64,000 nt of DNA from Candidatus Eiseniibacteriota bacterium. GTDB taxonomy: Bacteria; Eisenbacteria; RBG-16-71-46. Location: positions 96,001 through 160,000 of the forward strand of contig JBGPFC010000003.1 of assembly GCA_041483195.1 (NCBI GenBank), written 5' to 3'. The notes beneath the pieces are model-generated. The model was not told the origin of the DNA, made no database searches, and saw only the letters and a program-made list of their open reading frames with translations. Of this stretch, positions 19,203 through 29,243 are shown one piece after another. Position numbers and translations under genes: made by a program. Position 1 is the stretch's first letter; each line of letters opens with the position of its first letter.

Positions 19203-20776
19203 TGCCGGAGGGCGCACCGTCGTCGGCTGATATGCGGGCGCCCGAATATCAATCGGGCGCCCGCGCCGACGGCATGCTGCTGGGCTTCGCGCTCGCGCAG
19301 CTCGCCCTGCTGCTCGCGTTCGTCACGCGCTACGGCTGGTTCCGCGACGAGTTCTACTACGTCGTCTGCGCGCGGCACCCGGCGGCGGGCTACGTGGACC
19401 AGCCGCCGCTCTCGATCCTGATCCTCGCGGTGGTGAGGGCGCTGGCGGGTGAATCGCTGGTCGCGATCCGGCTGCTCCCCGCCCTCGCCGGGGCGGCCAC
19501 CGTGTTCATGACCGGGCGCATCGCGCGCGCGCTGGGCGGCGGCCGCTTCGCCCAGGCGATGGCCGCGTGCGCCGCGCTGCTCGCCCCGGTGGTCCTCGCC
19601 GAGAGCCACTACTACTCGATGAACGCGTTCGATCTCCTGATCTGGACGCTCGCGGGGTGGCTCACGCTGCGCATCGCGAGCGCGGCGGCGCCCCGCGACT
19701 GGCTCGCGCTCGGGGCGGTGCTCGGGCTCGGGCTCCTCAACAAGGTGAGCGTGCTGTGGCTGATCGCGGGGCTCTTCGCCGGGATGCTGGCCGGGCCGCA
19801 GCGCGCGCAGCTGGGAACGCGCTGGCCGTGGATCGTGGCCGCGATCGCGGCGCTGCTGTTCGCGCCCCACCTCGCGTGGCAGATCGCGCACGGGTGGCCG
19901 ACGCTCGAGTTCATGCGAAACGCGGCCGGCCGCAAGATGGTGGAGGTGAGCCTCTCGGGATTCTGGCGCAACCAGGTGCGCATGATGAGTCCGATCACGG
20001 TTCTGCTCTGGCTGCCCGGGCTGATCTGGCTACTGTTCGCGCGCGCCGCGCGGCCGGGACGAGCGCTCGGCGTGATGTACGCGGTGGTCGCGACGCTCCT
20101 GATCGCCGCGGGGCGCAGCCGCGCCTCCTATCTCGCCCCGGCGTATCCCGCGCTGCTCGCGGGCGGCGCGATCGCGCTCGAGCGCTGGCTCTATGCGCGG
20201 CGCTGGAACGCGCTGCGCGTGCCGGCGCTGGTGCTGCTGATCGCGCTGGAGGCGCCGATCGTGCCGTTCGCGCTCCCGGTGCTCAAGGTGGAGAGCTACG
20301 TGCGTTACGCGCACGCGCTCGGGATCGGACCATCGACCGAGGAGCATCAGCGCATGGGTTCGCTCCCCCAGCAGTACGCGGACATGTTCGGGTGGGAGGA
20401 ACTCGTCTCCGAGGTGGAGAAGGCGTACCGCGCGCTGCCGGCGGACGAGCGCGCGCGCTGCTCGATCTTCGCGCAGAACTACGGCGAGGCGGGCGCGATC
20501 AGCGTGCTCGGCCGCGCGCGCGGCCTGCCGCCCGCGATGTCCGGCCACAACAACTTCTGGCTGTGGGGCCCGGCCGGCCCGGGCGACGGATCCGTGATGA
20601 TCGTGGTGGGCGGCGATCGGGACGACAACGAGCAGGTGTTCGAGCGTCTCGAGCGCGTCGGCACCGTGCGCTCGACCTACGCGATGCCATACGAGCAGGA
20701 CATGCCGGTCTACGTGGGGCGAGGGCTCAGGATTCCGGTCGCGAAATTGTGGCCGGGGCTGAAGCGCTACATCTAG
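19202..20776 (+). CDS. GT-C fold (ArnT/PMT-like) membrane glycosyltransferase
   Basis: TGATG overlap with the peptidase. YGWFRDEFYY, GYVDQPPL, many TMs, NYGEAGAI, SGHNNFWLWG. Confidence 0.85.
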   Translation: MPEGAPSSADMRAPEYQSGARADGMLLGFALAQLALLLAFVTRYGWFRDEFYYVVCARHPAAGYVDQPPLSILILAVVRALAGESLVAIRLLPALAGAATVFMTGRIARALGGGRFAQAMAACAALLAPVVLAESHYYSMNAFDLLIWTLAGWLTLRIASAAAPRDWLALGAVLGLGLLNKVSVLWLIAGLFAGMLAGPQRAQLGTRWPWIVAAIAALLFAPHLAWQIAHGWPTLEFMRNAAGRKMVEVSLSGFWRNQVRMMSPITVLLWLPGLIWLLFARAARPGRALGVMYAVVATLLIAAGRSRASYLAPAYPALLAGGAIALERWLYARRWNALRVPALVLLIALEAPIVPFALPVLKVESYVRYAHALGIGPSTEEHQRMGSLPQQYADMFGWEELVSEVEKAYRALPADERARCSIFAQNYGEAGAISVLGRARGLPPAMSGHNNFWLWGPAGPGDGSVMIVVGGDRDDNEQVFERLERVGTVRSTYAMPYEQDMPVYVGRGLRIPVAKLWPGLKRYI

Positions 20777-21103
20777 TACGGAGGCGTCGCGCAGGCGGCG
20801 ACCTGTCGAGAGTCAACACAACATTCGCGCCGAAATTCAGGGACCTCGAGCGGCCCACCCGCTTCGGCAACGGGCCAAGTTGATTTCGCGGGGTTTCCCG
20901 ACTCTCCGAGTCGCGCCATCCGCCCCGATTCGTTTCCTCATTCCTGATCTCAGCGTGTACTACTTATCTTGACGGCACATCGACTGAGTTTCAGACTCAA
21001 TCTTATGAATCAGGCGTGAAGGTTTTCTTCACGAGGCTCAGTTTCGGCGGACCAATCGGGCCGCGATCCGCGACTAGGAACCTCATTTACAGCCGGGGCC
21101 TTT

Positions 21104-23455
21104 GTGAGCCGCACTCTCGCCACGATGATCCTCGCCCTCGGCCTCGCATCGGCAGTCGGTGCGGATCCGATTGGTCCCGATGTTCGTGTCAGTCCGATCG
21201 CTGGGGCGCAGAACGAGCCCGACATCGCGGTGTTCGGCAACTCGGCGGTCGCGGTCTGGTACCGGCCGCCTGCCGGCTACAACGTCGGCTGGGGCTATTC
21301 GCTCGACGGCGGACTGACGTGGGTGGACGGGGGGCTACTCCCCGGCGACTTCGCCACCGGGACAGTTGCCGGATTCCCAACCATATGTGTGGACAACGCG
21401 GGCCGCTTCTATGCGGCGGCCTTCCTGAGCCGAAACGAGGGCTGCGGCCTCGGGGTGTGGCGGGGCTCGTTTCAAGGTCCGAGCTTTCAGTGGAGCGCGG
21501 CGGTCTCGGCCATCCCGCTCGAGCTTAACGGCACCGCGGGCTTGAGCTTTCCCCACGACGCGCCATACCTCACGTGTGACCCGGTGCGGGGCTACCTCTA
21601 CCTTACCTACACCCGCACGCCTGCACAGCAAACGTACATACCCTGTTTCGTGCGCTCGCCGGATGGCGGGCTGACGTGGAGCGCGCCGCTGACGCTGGGC
21701 TCGAGCCTCTGCAATGGGGTGCGCTCGGCGGTGGGCCCGGACGGCGAGCTGTACGTAGTGTGGGAGGATTACGGGACCGGGCAGATGGTGGGGCGCAAGT
21801 CCACCAACTTCGGCGCCAGCTTCGGCCCGCAGTTCGTGCTCGCCACGATCAACGACAATCTCAACATGGCGCCGCCGGGATGGCTGGCCCCCCCCCGCTA
21901 CAATCCGGCCCATCCCGAGATCGGCAACACGCCCCCGAACTTTCCCTCGATCACGGTGGATCGCAGTGCGGGTCCTTACCGCGGCCGGGTCTACGTGACC
22001 TGGACCGAGTACGCCGCGGGAACGGTGGGGCCCGGCACCGGCAGCATGACGGATGTGGAGCCCAACGACTTCTTCGCCAACGCCACCCCGGTCGAGATCG
22101 GCCAGGACGTGGTCCACTTCGTCCCCGACAGCCATCGCCAGGGGGCGAGCAACCCCGGGTGGTTCACCTTCACCGGCACCGCGGGCACGACGCTGTGGGT
22201 CACCGGCGAGATCACCTCCTTCGCTCCGAGCCCGATCTGTCCGGCGGGGTACCTCTTCTTTCTCTACTGCGGCGAGGACAGCACCCATCTGGTGCGCTTC
22301 GGCAGCCCGATCGTGATGAAGCCGTACTGGCTCCCACCACCGCCGCCGCTGATCTGGACGCTGCCCCGCACCGGGCGCTACTGGTTCAACCCGGGGGGCA
22401 GCTACTGCTCCGACCTGACCATCGCGATCCACCTGCGCACCTTCACCCCCTTCCCGGTGCCGCGGGCGCGCGATCACCGCGACGTGATGCTGGTCGCCTC
22501 CGCCGACGGGGGTGCGAGCTGGTCCGCGCAGCGGCGGGTCAACGACGCGCCGCCGCGCTTCGATGAGTGCTTCCCGGGTGTGGCGGTGGACGAGCTGGGC
22601 CAGGTGCACGTGGCGTGGTACGACCGGCGCGACGATCCTGACTGTGGCACGCAGGTGCAAACTTACTGGGCGGTGTCGCGCGATGGCGGCGGGAGCTTCT
22701 ATCCCTCGCGGCGGCTGAGCAGCCACGCGAGCGACTGGACCTGCTACGTGACGAGACCCAACATCGGCGACCATCTGGCGGTGCGCGCCGCGGGGAGCCG
22801 GGTGTACGTGCTGTGGACCCAGGCCAACTGCCCGGACAGCGTGGACATCCGCGGGGTGCGGATCGCAGGGGATGACCCGACCGGGATCGCGGTGTCCGAG
22901 TTCCGTGCCGACGCCGGAGGCGATCGGGTACGCCTCTCGTGGCGGGTGGGCGATGGCCGCGGGATCACGGGCTTCCGCGTGGAGCGCGCCACCGGAGTTG
23001 GATCGTTCGCGCCTCTCAGTGTGGAGCTGGTCCCGCTCGATGGCCGCGCGGAGTACGTGGTCGAGGATCCGAGCGCGGAGCGCGGAGGACATTACCGCTA
23101 CCGACTCGCGGTGGTCTATGCGGACGGCAGCGTTAGCTACATCGGCCCGATCGAGATCGAGCTCGGCGTGAATCCCTCCCGTCTCGGCTGGGTGCGCGCA
23201 ACTCCGAGCCCGTTCATCGGGAGCGCTCAGTTCACGCTCGCGGTGCCGCGGGCGGGAGAAGTCGAGGTCGAGGTCTACGATCTGATGGGGCATGGGGTGG
23301 CGACGCTCACGCGCGACGCGGGCGCACCCGGGCCAATGGTGCTGAGCTGGGACGGACGCGATCGCGCCGGCCGGCCCACCGCGCCCGGGATCTATCTGCT
23401 GCGCGCCCGACTCGGGAAGGAGGTTGCCCTGCTGCGAACCGTTCAGTTGCGTTAG
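21104..23455 (+). CDS. Secreted BNR/Asp-box beta-propeller (sialidase-like) protein with FlgD-Ig/T9SS-type C-terminal domain
   Basis: Signal peptide; Asp-boxes SLDGGLTW, SPDGGLTW, STNFGASF, SADGGASW, SRDGGGSF; internal DVEPND motif; CTD PSPF...VYDLMG...WDGRD...GIYLLR. Confidence 0.82.
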   Translation: MSRTLATMILALGLASAVGADPIGPDVRVSPIAGAQNEPDIAVFGNSAVAVWYRPPAGYNVGWGYSLDGGLTWVDGGLLPGDFATGTVAGFPTICVDNAGRFYAAAFLSRNEGCGLGVWRGSFQGPSFQWSAAVSAIPLELNGTAGLSFPHDAPYLTCDPVRGYLYLTYTRTPAQQTYIPCFVRSPDGGLTWSAPLTLGSSLCNGVRSAVGPDGELYVVWEDYGTGQMVGRKSTNFGASFGPQFVLATINDNLNMAPPGWLAPPRYNPAHPEIGNTPPNFPSITVDRSAGPYRGRVYVTWTEYAAGTVGPGTGSMTDVEPNDFFANATPVEIGQDVVHFVPDSHRQGASNPGWFTFTGTAGTTLWVTGEITSFAPSPICPAGYLFFLYCGEDSTHLVRFGSPIVMKPYWLPPPPPLIWTLPRTGRYWFNPGGSYCSDLTIAIHLRTFTPFPVPRARDHRDVMLVASADGGASWSAQRRVNDAPPRFDECFPGVAVDELGQVHVAWYDRRDDPDCGTQVQTYWAVSRDGGGSFYPSRRLSSHASDWTCYVTRPNIGDHLAVRAAGSRVYVLWTQANCPDSVDIRGVRIAGDDPTGIAVSEFRADAGGDRVRLSWRVGDGRGITGFRVERATGVGSFAPLSVELVPLDGRAEYVVEDPSAERGGHYRYRLAVVYADGSVSYIGPIEIELGVNPSRLGWVRATPSPFIGSAQFTLAVPRAGEVEVEVYDLMGHGVATLTRDAGAPGPMVLSWDGRDRAGRPTAPGIYLLRARLGKEVALLRTVQLR

Positions 23456-23499
23456 CGTTTCGCTCCCACGCATGAACCTGCTGCATGCTTCCGCTTCAT

Positions 23500-24579
23500 C
23501 TAGCCCGACCGCGGCGCGAGCGGCCGATCCTTGAGCGCCAGCATCGGCGACTCCAGCAGATGCCACGACGCGATCGCCAGCACCAGCGTGAGGATCCCGG
23601 CGATCGCGGAGAGCGCGAGCTGTGACGATCCGGGCCGGAACGTCATCACGCATTGCTGGACCGGAAACGCCCAGAGGTAGTAGCCGTACGAGTAGTCGCC
23701 GAGCGCGTTGTAGCGGCGCACGAGTCCGCCCGGCACGTACGCCAGGTAGAACACGACGTACGGCAGCGTGAGCACGTAGAGCACCATCAGCCCGCGGCCG
23801 AACACGGAGCCGAGCGCGAGCAGCACGCACGCGACCAGGAACGGCGGCAGCGCGAGCGGCACGCGCTCTCGAAACACGTAGGCGGCCGCGCCAACGAAGA
23901 ACAACGCCGTGAGCCTCAGCCCCTGCACCACGGCGAAGGCGTGGGACAGCTCGAAGGTCTCGTTCACCGCGTAGCCGAGCGTCGCGCAGGCGGCGATCGC
24001 CACCAGCGCCCACGTCAGCCGCCGGCGATCGAGGAGCGCCGGCCGCATGAACGCGATCGCACCGAGCACGCTCAGCATCGCGTACATCGTCAGCTCCCAT
24101 GGCAGCGACCAGAGCGAGCCGTTGACCACGGCGTGCACCGGCAGGCGCTCGAATACGCCGGGCAGCGTGTACTGAACGCCCCATGGCCAGGCGGTCGCGT
24201 TCTGCGCGGCGTAGCGCCATGGCTCGATCCCGCCGAAGTAGGCCCCGCGCCCGAGGCGCGTCATCAGCGGCCCGATCAGGAACGCGCAGCCCACGGCGTT
24301 GGCGGTGAGCGCCGGATAGATACGCAGCGCCCGGGCGCGCAGGAACGAGCGTAGCCGCGACTTCGAGAGCAGGCTCCCGGTGACGAGGAAGCCGCTGATC
24401 ACGAAGAACACGTCGACGCCGAGATGGCCGAGCGAGAAGCCGGCGACGCGCTCGAGCGGCTCGCCCGGCGTTCCCGAGAGCGGGAACGAATGGCTGTAGA
24501 GCACGAGGGTCGCCGCGAGAAAACGGATCAGATTGAAGTTGTTGTCGCGGCCCCCGAATCGGGACAACGGGATCGCCAT
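23500..24579 (-). CDS. Acyltransferase family 3 (OafA-like O-acyltransferase)
   Basis: RDNNFNLIRFLAA..V..H, GVDVFFVISGFL, RALRIYP, NGSLWSLPWE, DYSYGYYL. Confidence 0.9.
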   Translation of the reverse strand: MAIPLSRFGGRDNNFNLIRFLAATLVLYSHSFPLSGTPGEPLERVAGFSLGHLGVDVFFVISGFLVTGSLLSKSRLRSFLRARALRIYPALTANAVGCAFLIGPLMTRLGRGAYFGGIEPWRYAAQNATAWPWGVQYTLPGVFERLPVHAVVNGSLWSLPWELTMYAMLSVLGAIAFMRPALLDRRRLTWALVAIAACATLGYAVNETFELSHAFAVVQGLRLTALFFVGAAAYVFRERVPLALPPFLVACVLLALGSVFGRGLMVLYVLTLPYVVFYLAYVPGGLVRRYNALGDYSYGYYLWAFPVQQCVMTFRPGSSQLALSAIAGILTLVLAIASWHLLESPMLALKDRPLAPRSG

Positions 24580-24656
24580 GGCGTCCTCGGAGGAATGGAA
24601 GCGGGCGCTCGCGCGTTCGCGAGCGCCCGCGTCGTCGTGCGCCGTCGCGTCTTATT

Positions 24657-25910
24657 CTATCGCGACCAGGCCGCCGCTTCGACCTTGGTGCGCAGACGGT
24701 CGGCGATCGCCTCGATGAATCCCTGCGTGGTCACGTGGGTCGGGATTCGCGGCTCCGCGATGCCCGCGAGATCCTTGGTCACCACGTTCGACTCGATGGT
24801 CTCGATCACCGCCGCCTCGAGGTTGCGCGCGAACTCGACGAGCTCCGGGGTGCCGTCCAGCTCGCCGCGCTTCGCGATCGCGCCGGTCCACGCGAAGATG
24901 GACGCCGTCGAGTTGGTCGACGTCGACTCGCCGCGCTGGTGCTTGCGGTAGTGCTTGGTGACCGTGCCGTGCGCGGCCTCGTACTCGTAGAGCCCGTCGG
25001 GCGTCACCAGCACCGAGGTCATGAGGCCCAGGCTCCCGAAGCCCGACGCCACCATGTCGCTCATCACGTCGCCGTCGTAGTTCATGCACGCCCACAGGAA
25101 CCCGCCCGAGTGGCGCACCACGCGCGCGACCGCGTCGTCGATCAAGAGGTAGGTGTAGGTGATGCCGGCCTTCTCGAGGTCGGCGCGCCGCGCCTCGGTC
25201 TCCTGGCGGAAGATCTCGCGGAAGGTGCCGTGATAGATCTTGGCGATCGTGTCCTTGGCGCTGAACCAGAGGTCCATGCGCTCCGCGAGCGCGTAGTGGA
25301 TGCAGGCGCGCGCGAAGGAGCGGATCGAAGACTCGAGGTTGTGCACGCCGCGCGCGATACCGGGGCCCTTGAACTCGTGGATCACGACCGACTGCGGCGG
25401 CCCGCCGCCCGCCGGCGTGTACACCATGTCCACCCGTCCCGGGCCGGGGATCCGGAGCTCGGCGCTGCGGTAGAGATCGCCGTACGCGTGACGGCCGATC
25501 ACGATCGGCTTGACCCAGGTGCGGATCGTGGGCGGCACGTTCTTCACGAGCAGGGGCTTGCGGAACACCGTGCCGTCGAGCGCCCCGCGAATCGTGCCGT
25601 TGGGGCTCGGCCACGCCTTCTTGAGGTGATACTCCTCGACCCGCGCGGTGTCCGGGGTGATCGTCGCGCACTTCACGCCAACGCCGTGGCGGCGAATCGC
25701 CTCGGCCGCCTGCATCGTGACCGCGTCGTCGGTGCGGTCGCGCTCCGAAACGTGCAGGTCGTAGTATTCTAGCTTGAGCTCGGCGAACGGATCGATGAGT
25801 TGTTCCTTGATCATCGCCCAGATCACACGCGTCATCTCGTCGCCGTCCATCTCGACGATCGTATTTTTCGCTTTCACCTTGTGAATGGCAGAATCCCCCG
25901 CGTTGAACAT
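24657..25910 (-). CDS. icd: NADP-dependent isocitrate dehydrogenase (homodimeric, eukaryote-like type)
   Basis: [63 protein letters not shown] before ATG at 25910. Confidence 0.95.
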   Translation of the reverse strand: MFNAGDSAIHKVKAKNTIVEMDGDEMTRVIWAMIKEQLIDPFAELKLEYYDLHVSERDRTDDAVTMQAAEAIRRHGVGVKCATITPDTARVEEYHLKKAWPSPNGTIRGALDGTVFRKPLLVKNVPPTIRTWVKPIVIGRHAYGDLYRSAELRIPGPGRVDMVYTPAGGGPPQSVVIHEFKGPGIARGVHNLESSIRSFARACIHYALAERMDLWFSAKDTIAKIYHGTFREIFRQETEARRADLEKAGITYTYLLIDDAVARVVRHSGGFLWACMNYDGDVMSDMVASGFGSLGLMTSVLVTPDGLYEYEAAHGTVTKHYRKHQRGESTSTNSTASIFAWTGAIAKRGELDGTPELVEFARNLEAAVIETIESNVVTKDLAGIAEPRIPTHVTTQGFIEAIADRLRTKVEAAAWSR

Positions 25911-26286
25911 CGCGCCACCCCCCTCATGCCGGCCACCGCCACCCCGACGAGTCCCATCAACGTTAGCAGATGCGCCGCCACGCCCGCGAATGCGCGGTGC
26001 GCGCGCGTCGTTAGCGCTCCCGCGCCACGATTCGCGCGCCCGCCGGAACGCGCGAAACCACCTGACAATCGCGGCCACGTTCTGACACACTGGCAGGCGA
26101 AATGCCGTCCGCGGCCGTACAATTGGCCGGTGCCACGCGCGTGGTTCGCACGCAAATCGCCGCGCCGGGCCGCCGCGCGCCGTCGCGGCGGCCCGCGAGC
26201 GTCGCGGCACGCGTGGTGCAATGTATGGACCACGATCCGGCGGCCCGGTTGCAAGTCGTGGTCCGCGCTGCTAGAAGAGGAGCGAA

Positions 26287-27435
26287 ATGCGCATCGCCGT
26301 ACCCCGTGAAATCACGCCCCGCGAGACCCGCGTGGCACTGGTTCCTGAAACCGTCGCCCGGCTCATCAAGTCGGGCTTCGAAGTGCTGGTCGAGAGTGGC
26401 GCCGGCGCGCTCTCGTCGTTCCCAGACGAGGCGTATCGCGAGGCGGGCGCGAGCATCGCCCCCAACGAGGCCGCCGCGCTCGCCTCGGCGGACCTCGTGG
26501 TCAAGGTGCGCGAGCCGATCGCGATCCCGGCGGGCGGACACGAGGCCGATCTGGTGCGCGAGGGCGCCGTGCTCATCGCGTTCCTCGGCCGCGACAAGAA
26601 CTCAGACGCCGCGACCCGGCTCGCCGCGCGCGGCGTGCGTGCGTTCTCCATGGAGATGGTGCCGCGCATCTCGCGCGCCCAGAAGATGGACGCGCTCTCC
26701 TCCATGAGCACGGTGGCCGGCTACAAGGCTGCGCTGCTCGGCGCGAACGCGCTCGGCCGCTTCTACCCGCTGCTCATGACCGCCGCCGGCACGATCGCCC
26801 CCGCTCACGTGTTCGTGCTGGGCGCTGGGGTCGCGGGACTCCAGGCGATCGCGACCAGCCGCCGTCTGGGCGCGGTGGTCGAAGCCTTCGACGTGCGCCC
26901 CGCGGTGCGCGAGGAAGTGCAGAGCCTGGGCGGGACGTTCATCGCGGCCGAGCTGGTGAGCGAATCCGCCGTGGACAAGGGCGGCTACGCGAAGGCGCTC
27001 GGCGCCGATCAGGAAGAACGCGTGCGCCAGGTGATCGCCGAACACTTGAAGCACACCGACGTCGCGATCACCACCGCGATGATCCCGGGACGCAAGGCCC
27101 CGGTGATGATCACCGCCGCGATGGTGAAGGACATGAAGCCGGGCTCCGCCATCGTCGACATCGCCGCCGACATGGGCGGCAACTGCGAGCTGACCCGGCC
27201 CGGGGAGACCATCGTGGTGAACGGCGTGAGCGTCTTGGGGCCGCTCAACCTCGCGGCGAGCCTGCCCACCCACGCGAGCCAGATGTACTCGCGCAACGTC
27301 GCGGCGCTGGTGGTCCACCTGGCGAAGGACGGCAAGCTCAACCTCGACTTCGCCGACGAGATCACGCGCGAGAGCTGCATCACCGGCGCCCCGCAGCCCG
27401 CGCCCGAGATGGCCGCGGCCCGGAGCGGCGCGTGA
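26287..27435 (+). CDS. pntA: NAD(P) transhydrogenase subunit alpha, part 1 (domain I)
   Basis: ETRVAL, PRISRAQKMDALSSM, GAGVAGLQAIAT, GGYAK, GGNC. Confidence 0.95.
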   Translation: MRIAVPREITPRETRVALVPETVARLIKSGFEVLVESGAGALSSFPDEAYREAGASIAPNEAAALASADLVVKVREPIAIPAGGHEADLVREGAVLIAFLGRDKNSDAATRLAARGVRAFSMEMVPRISRAQKMDALSSMSTVAGYKAALLGANALGRFYPLLMTAAGTIAPAHVFVLGAGVAGLQAIATSRRLGAVVEAFDVRPAVREEVQSLGGTFIAAELVSESAVDKGGYAKALGADQEERVRQVIAEHLKHTDVAITTAMIPGRKAPVMITAAMVKDMKPGSAIVDIAADMGGNCELTRPGETIVVNGVSVLGPLNLAASLPTHASQMYSRNVAALVVHLAKDGKLNLDFADEITRESCITGAPQPAPEMAAARSGA

Positions 27436-27734
27436 ACGCCCCGCTGCTCGCCGAGGTCTATGTCTTCATCCTCGCCGTGTTCGTAGGCTTCGAGGTCATC
27501 TCCAAGGTCCCGGTCGTCCTCCACACGCCGCTGATGTCGGGCACCAACGCCATCCACGGCATCGTCATGCTGGGCGGCGTGCTGGTGCTCGCGACCGCGG
27601 AGGGCACGCTGCTCACCGCGCTCGGGTTCGCGGCGGTGGTGCTGGGCGCGATGAACCTGTTCGGCGGCTTCGTCGTGACGGATCGCATGCTCGAGATGTT
27701 CAAGGCGCGCAAGCCCCAGGGGAAACGCCCATGA
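27432..27734 (+). CDS. NAD(P) transhydrogenase subunit alpha, part 2 (membrane)
   Basis: LHTPLMSGTNAIHG, GGFVVTDRMLEMF; GTGA overlap. Confidence 0.93.
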   Translation: MNAPLLAEVYVFILAVFVGFEVISKVPVVLHTPLMSGTNAIHGIVMLGGVLVLATAEGTLLTALGFAAVVLGAMNLFGGFVVTDRMLEMFKARKPQGKRP

Positions 27735-29140
27735 CGAGCGGCGCCTCGCTCCCCACCGTGTTTCACCTCGCCTACCTCGTTTCGTCAATCCTCTTCATCG
27801 TCGGGCTGAAATTCCTGAGCTCCCCCGCCCGCGCGCGCCACGGCAACACGGTCGCCGCGATCGGCATGGCGATCGCCGTGATCGCGACGCTCGCGAGCCT
27901 GTGGTTGCCGGGCTCCGGCTTCCACCATCAGGGGCTGATCCTGATCGGCATCGGGCTCGGCGCGGCGCTCGGCACGCTCGGCGCGCGCTGGGTGAAGATG
28001 ACCGACATGCCGCAGATGGTGGCGCTGCTGAACGGCTTCGGCGGCGGATCGGCGGCGCTGATCTCGACCGTCGAGTTCCTGCACCTCGGGCACGCGCGCG
28101 CGGGCGCCGACGGCATGTTCGGCTGCATCATCGGCGCGATCTCGTTCAGCGGAAGCATGGCGGCGTTCGGCAAGCTGCAGGGCCTGATCTCCGAGCGCGC
28201 GATCACGTCGACGATTCAGAAGATCGTGAACGTGCTGCTGTTCCTCTCGCTGCTCGGGCTGATCGGATACCTGGGATTCGTGGGCGGCGGCGCGCCGTGG
28301 TTCCTCGCGCTGCTCGGCGTCGCGCTGCTGTTCGGCGTGCTGATGGTGATCCCGATCGGCGGCGCCGACATGCCGGTCGTCATCTCGCTGCTGAACTCGT
28401 TCACCGGGCTCGCGGTGGCGGCGACCGGGTTCGTGCTCGCCAACAACGCGCTCATCATCAGCGGCACGCTGGTGGGCGCATCTGGCACGCTGCTCACCAT
28501 GCTCATGTGCAAGGCGATGAACCGCTCGCTCGCGAACGTGCTGTTCGCGGGCGTGGGCGGCGGGCCGGCGCCCACTGCGGCGGGCGCGGCGGCGGGCGTC
28601 GGCAAGTCGGTGCGCGAGATCAGCGTGGACGACGCCGGCGTGCTGCTCTCGAACATCCAGTCGCTGATCGTCGTGCCCGGCTACGGCATGGCGGTCGCGC
28701 AGGCGCAGCACGTCGTGCGCGAGCTGGCCGACATGCTGGCGAAGCACGGGGTCGACGTGAAGTACGCGATCCACCCGGTCGCGGGCCGCATGCCCGGCCA
28801 CATGAACGTGCTGCTCGCCGAGGCGAACGTGCCGTACGACCAGCTGTTCGACCTCGAGCAGATCAATCCCGAGTTCGAGCGCGCCGACGTCGCGCTCGTG
28901 ATCGGCGCGAACGACGTCGTGAACCCCGCGGCCCGCAGCGACAAGTCGAGCCCGATCTACGGCATGCCGATCCTCGACGTGGACAAGGCGAAGCATGTGA
29001 TCGTCATCAAGCGCAGCATGAAGCCCGGCTTCGCCGGCATCGACAACGCGCTCTACTACGACCCCAAGACCTTCATGCTGTTCGGCGACGCGAAGGGCGC
29101 GGTCAGCAAGCTGGTGGAGTCGCTCAAGGCCGCCGCGTAA
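27731..29140 (+). CDS. pntB: NAD(P) transhydrogenase subunit beta
   Basis: MPQMVALLNGFGG, IGGADMPVVISLLNS, PGYGMAVAQAQH, HPVAGRMPGHMN, GANDVVNPAA. Confidence 0.96.
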   Translation: MTSGASLPTVFHLAYLVSSILFIVGLKFLSSPARARHGNTVAAIGMAIAVIATLASLWLPGSGFHHQGLILIGIGLGAALGTLGARWVKMTDMPQMVALLNGFGGGSAALISTVEFLHLGHARAGADGMFGCIIGAISFSGSMAAFGKLQGLISERAITSTIQKIVNVLLFLSLLGLIGYLGFVGGGAPWFLALLGVALLFGVLMVIPIGGADMPVVISLLNSFTGLAVAATGFVLANNALIISGTLVGASGTLLTMLMCKAMNRSLANVLFAGVGGGPAPTAAGAAAGVGKSVREISVDDAGVLLSNIQSLIVVPGYGMAVAQAQHVVRELADMLAKHGVDVKYAIHPVAGRMPGHMNVLLAEANVPYDQLFDLEQINPEFERADVALVIGANDVVNPAARSDKSSPIYGMPILDVDKAKHVIVIKRSMKPGFAGIDNALYYDPKTFMLFGDAKGAVSKLVESLKAAA

Positions 29141-29182
29141 CGCGGGCCGCGGCGCGAGGCCGCGAAGATCCGGTCACCACGA

Positions 29183-29222
29183 CGAAGCGGGGCGCCTCAT
29201 CGAGGCGCCCCGCTTCGCTTTC
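29183..29222 (+). terminator. Intrinsic terminator-like hairpin after pntB (between convergent genes)
   Basis: Perfect 16-bp stem CGAAGCGGGGCGCCTC-atc-GAGGCGCCCCGCTTCG followed by CTTTC. Confidence 0.7.
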
Positions 29223-29243
29223 ATCCGCCCGCCCACCGCGCCG

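Noticed and set aside
26090..26106. Sigma54-like GG-N10-GC element (CTGGCAGGCGAAATGC) upstream of pntA
   Set aside because: It deviates from TGGCAC-N5-TTGC in both boxes, and such matches are common in GC-rich DNA.
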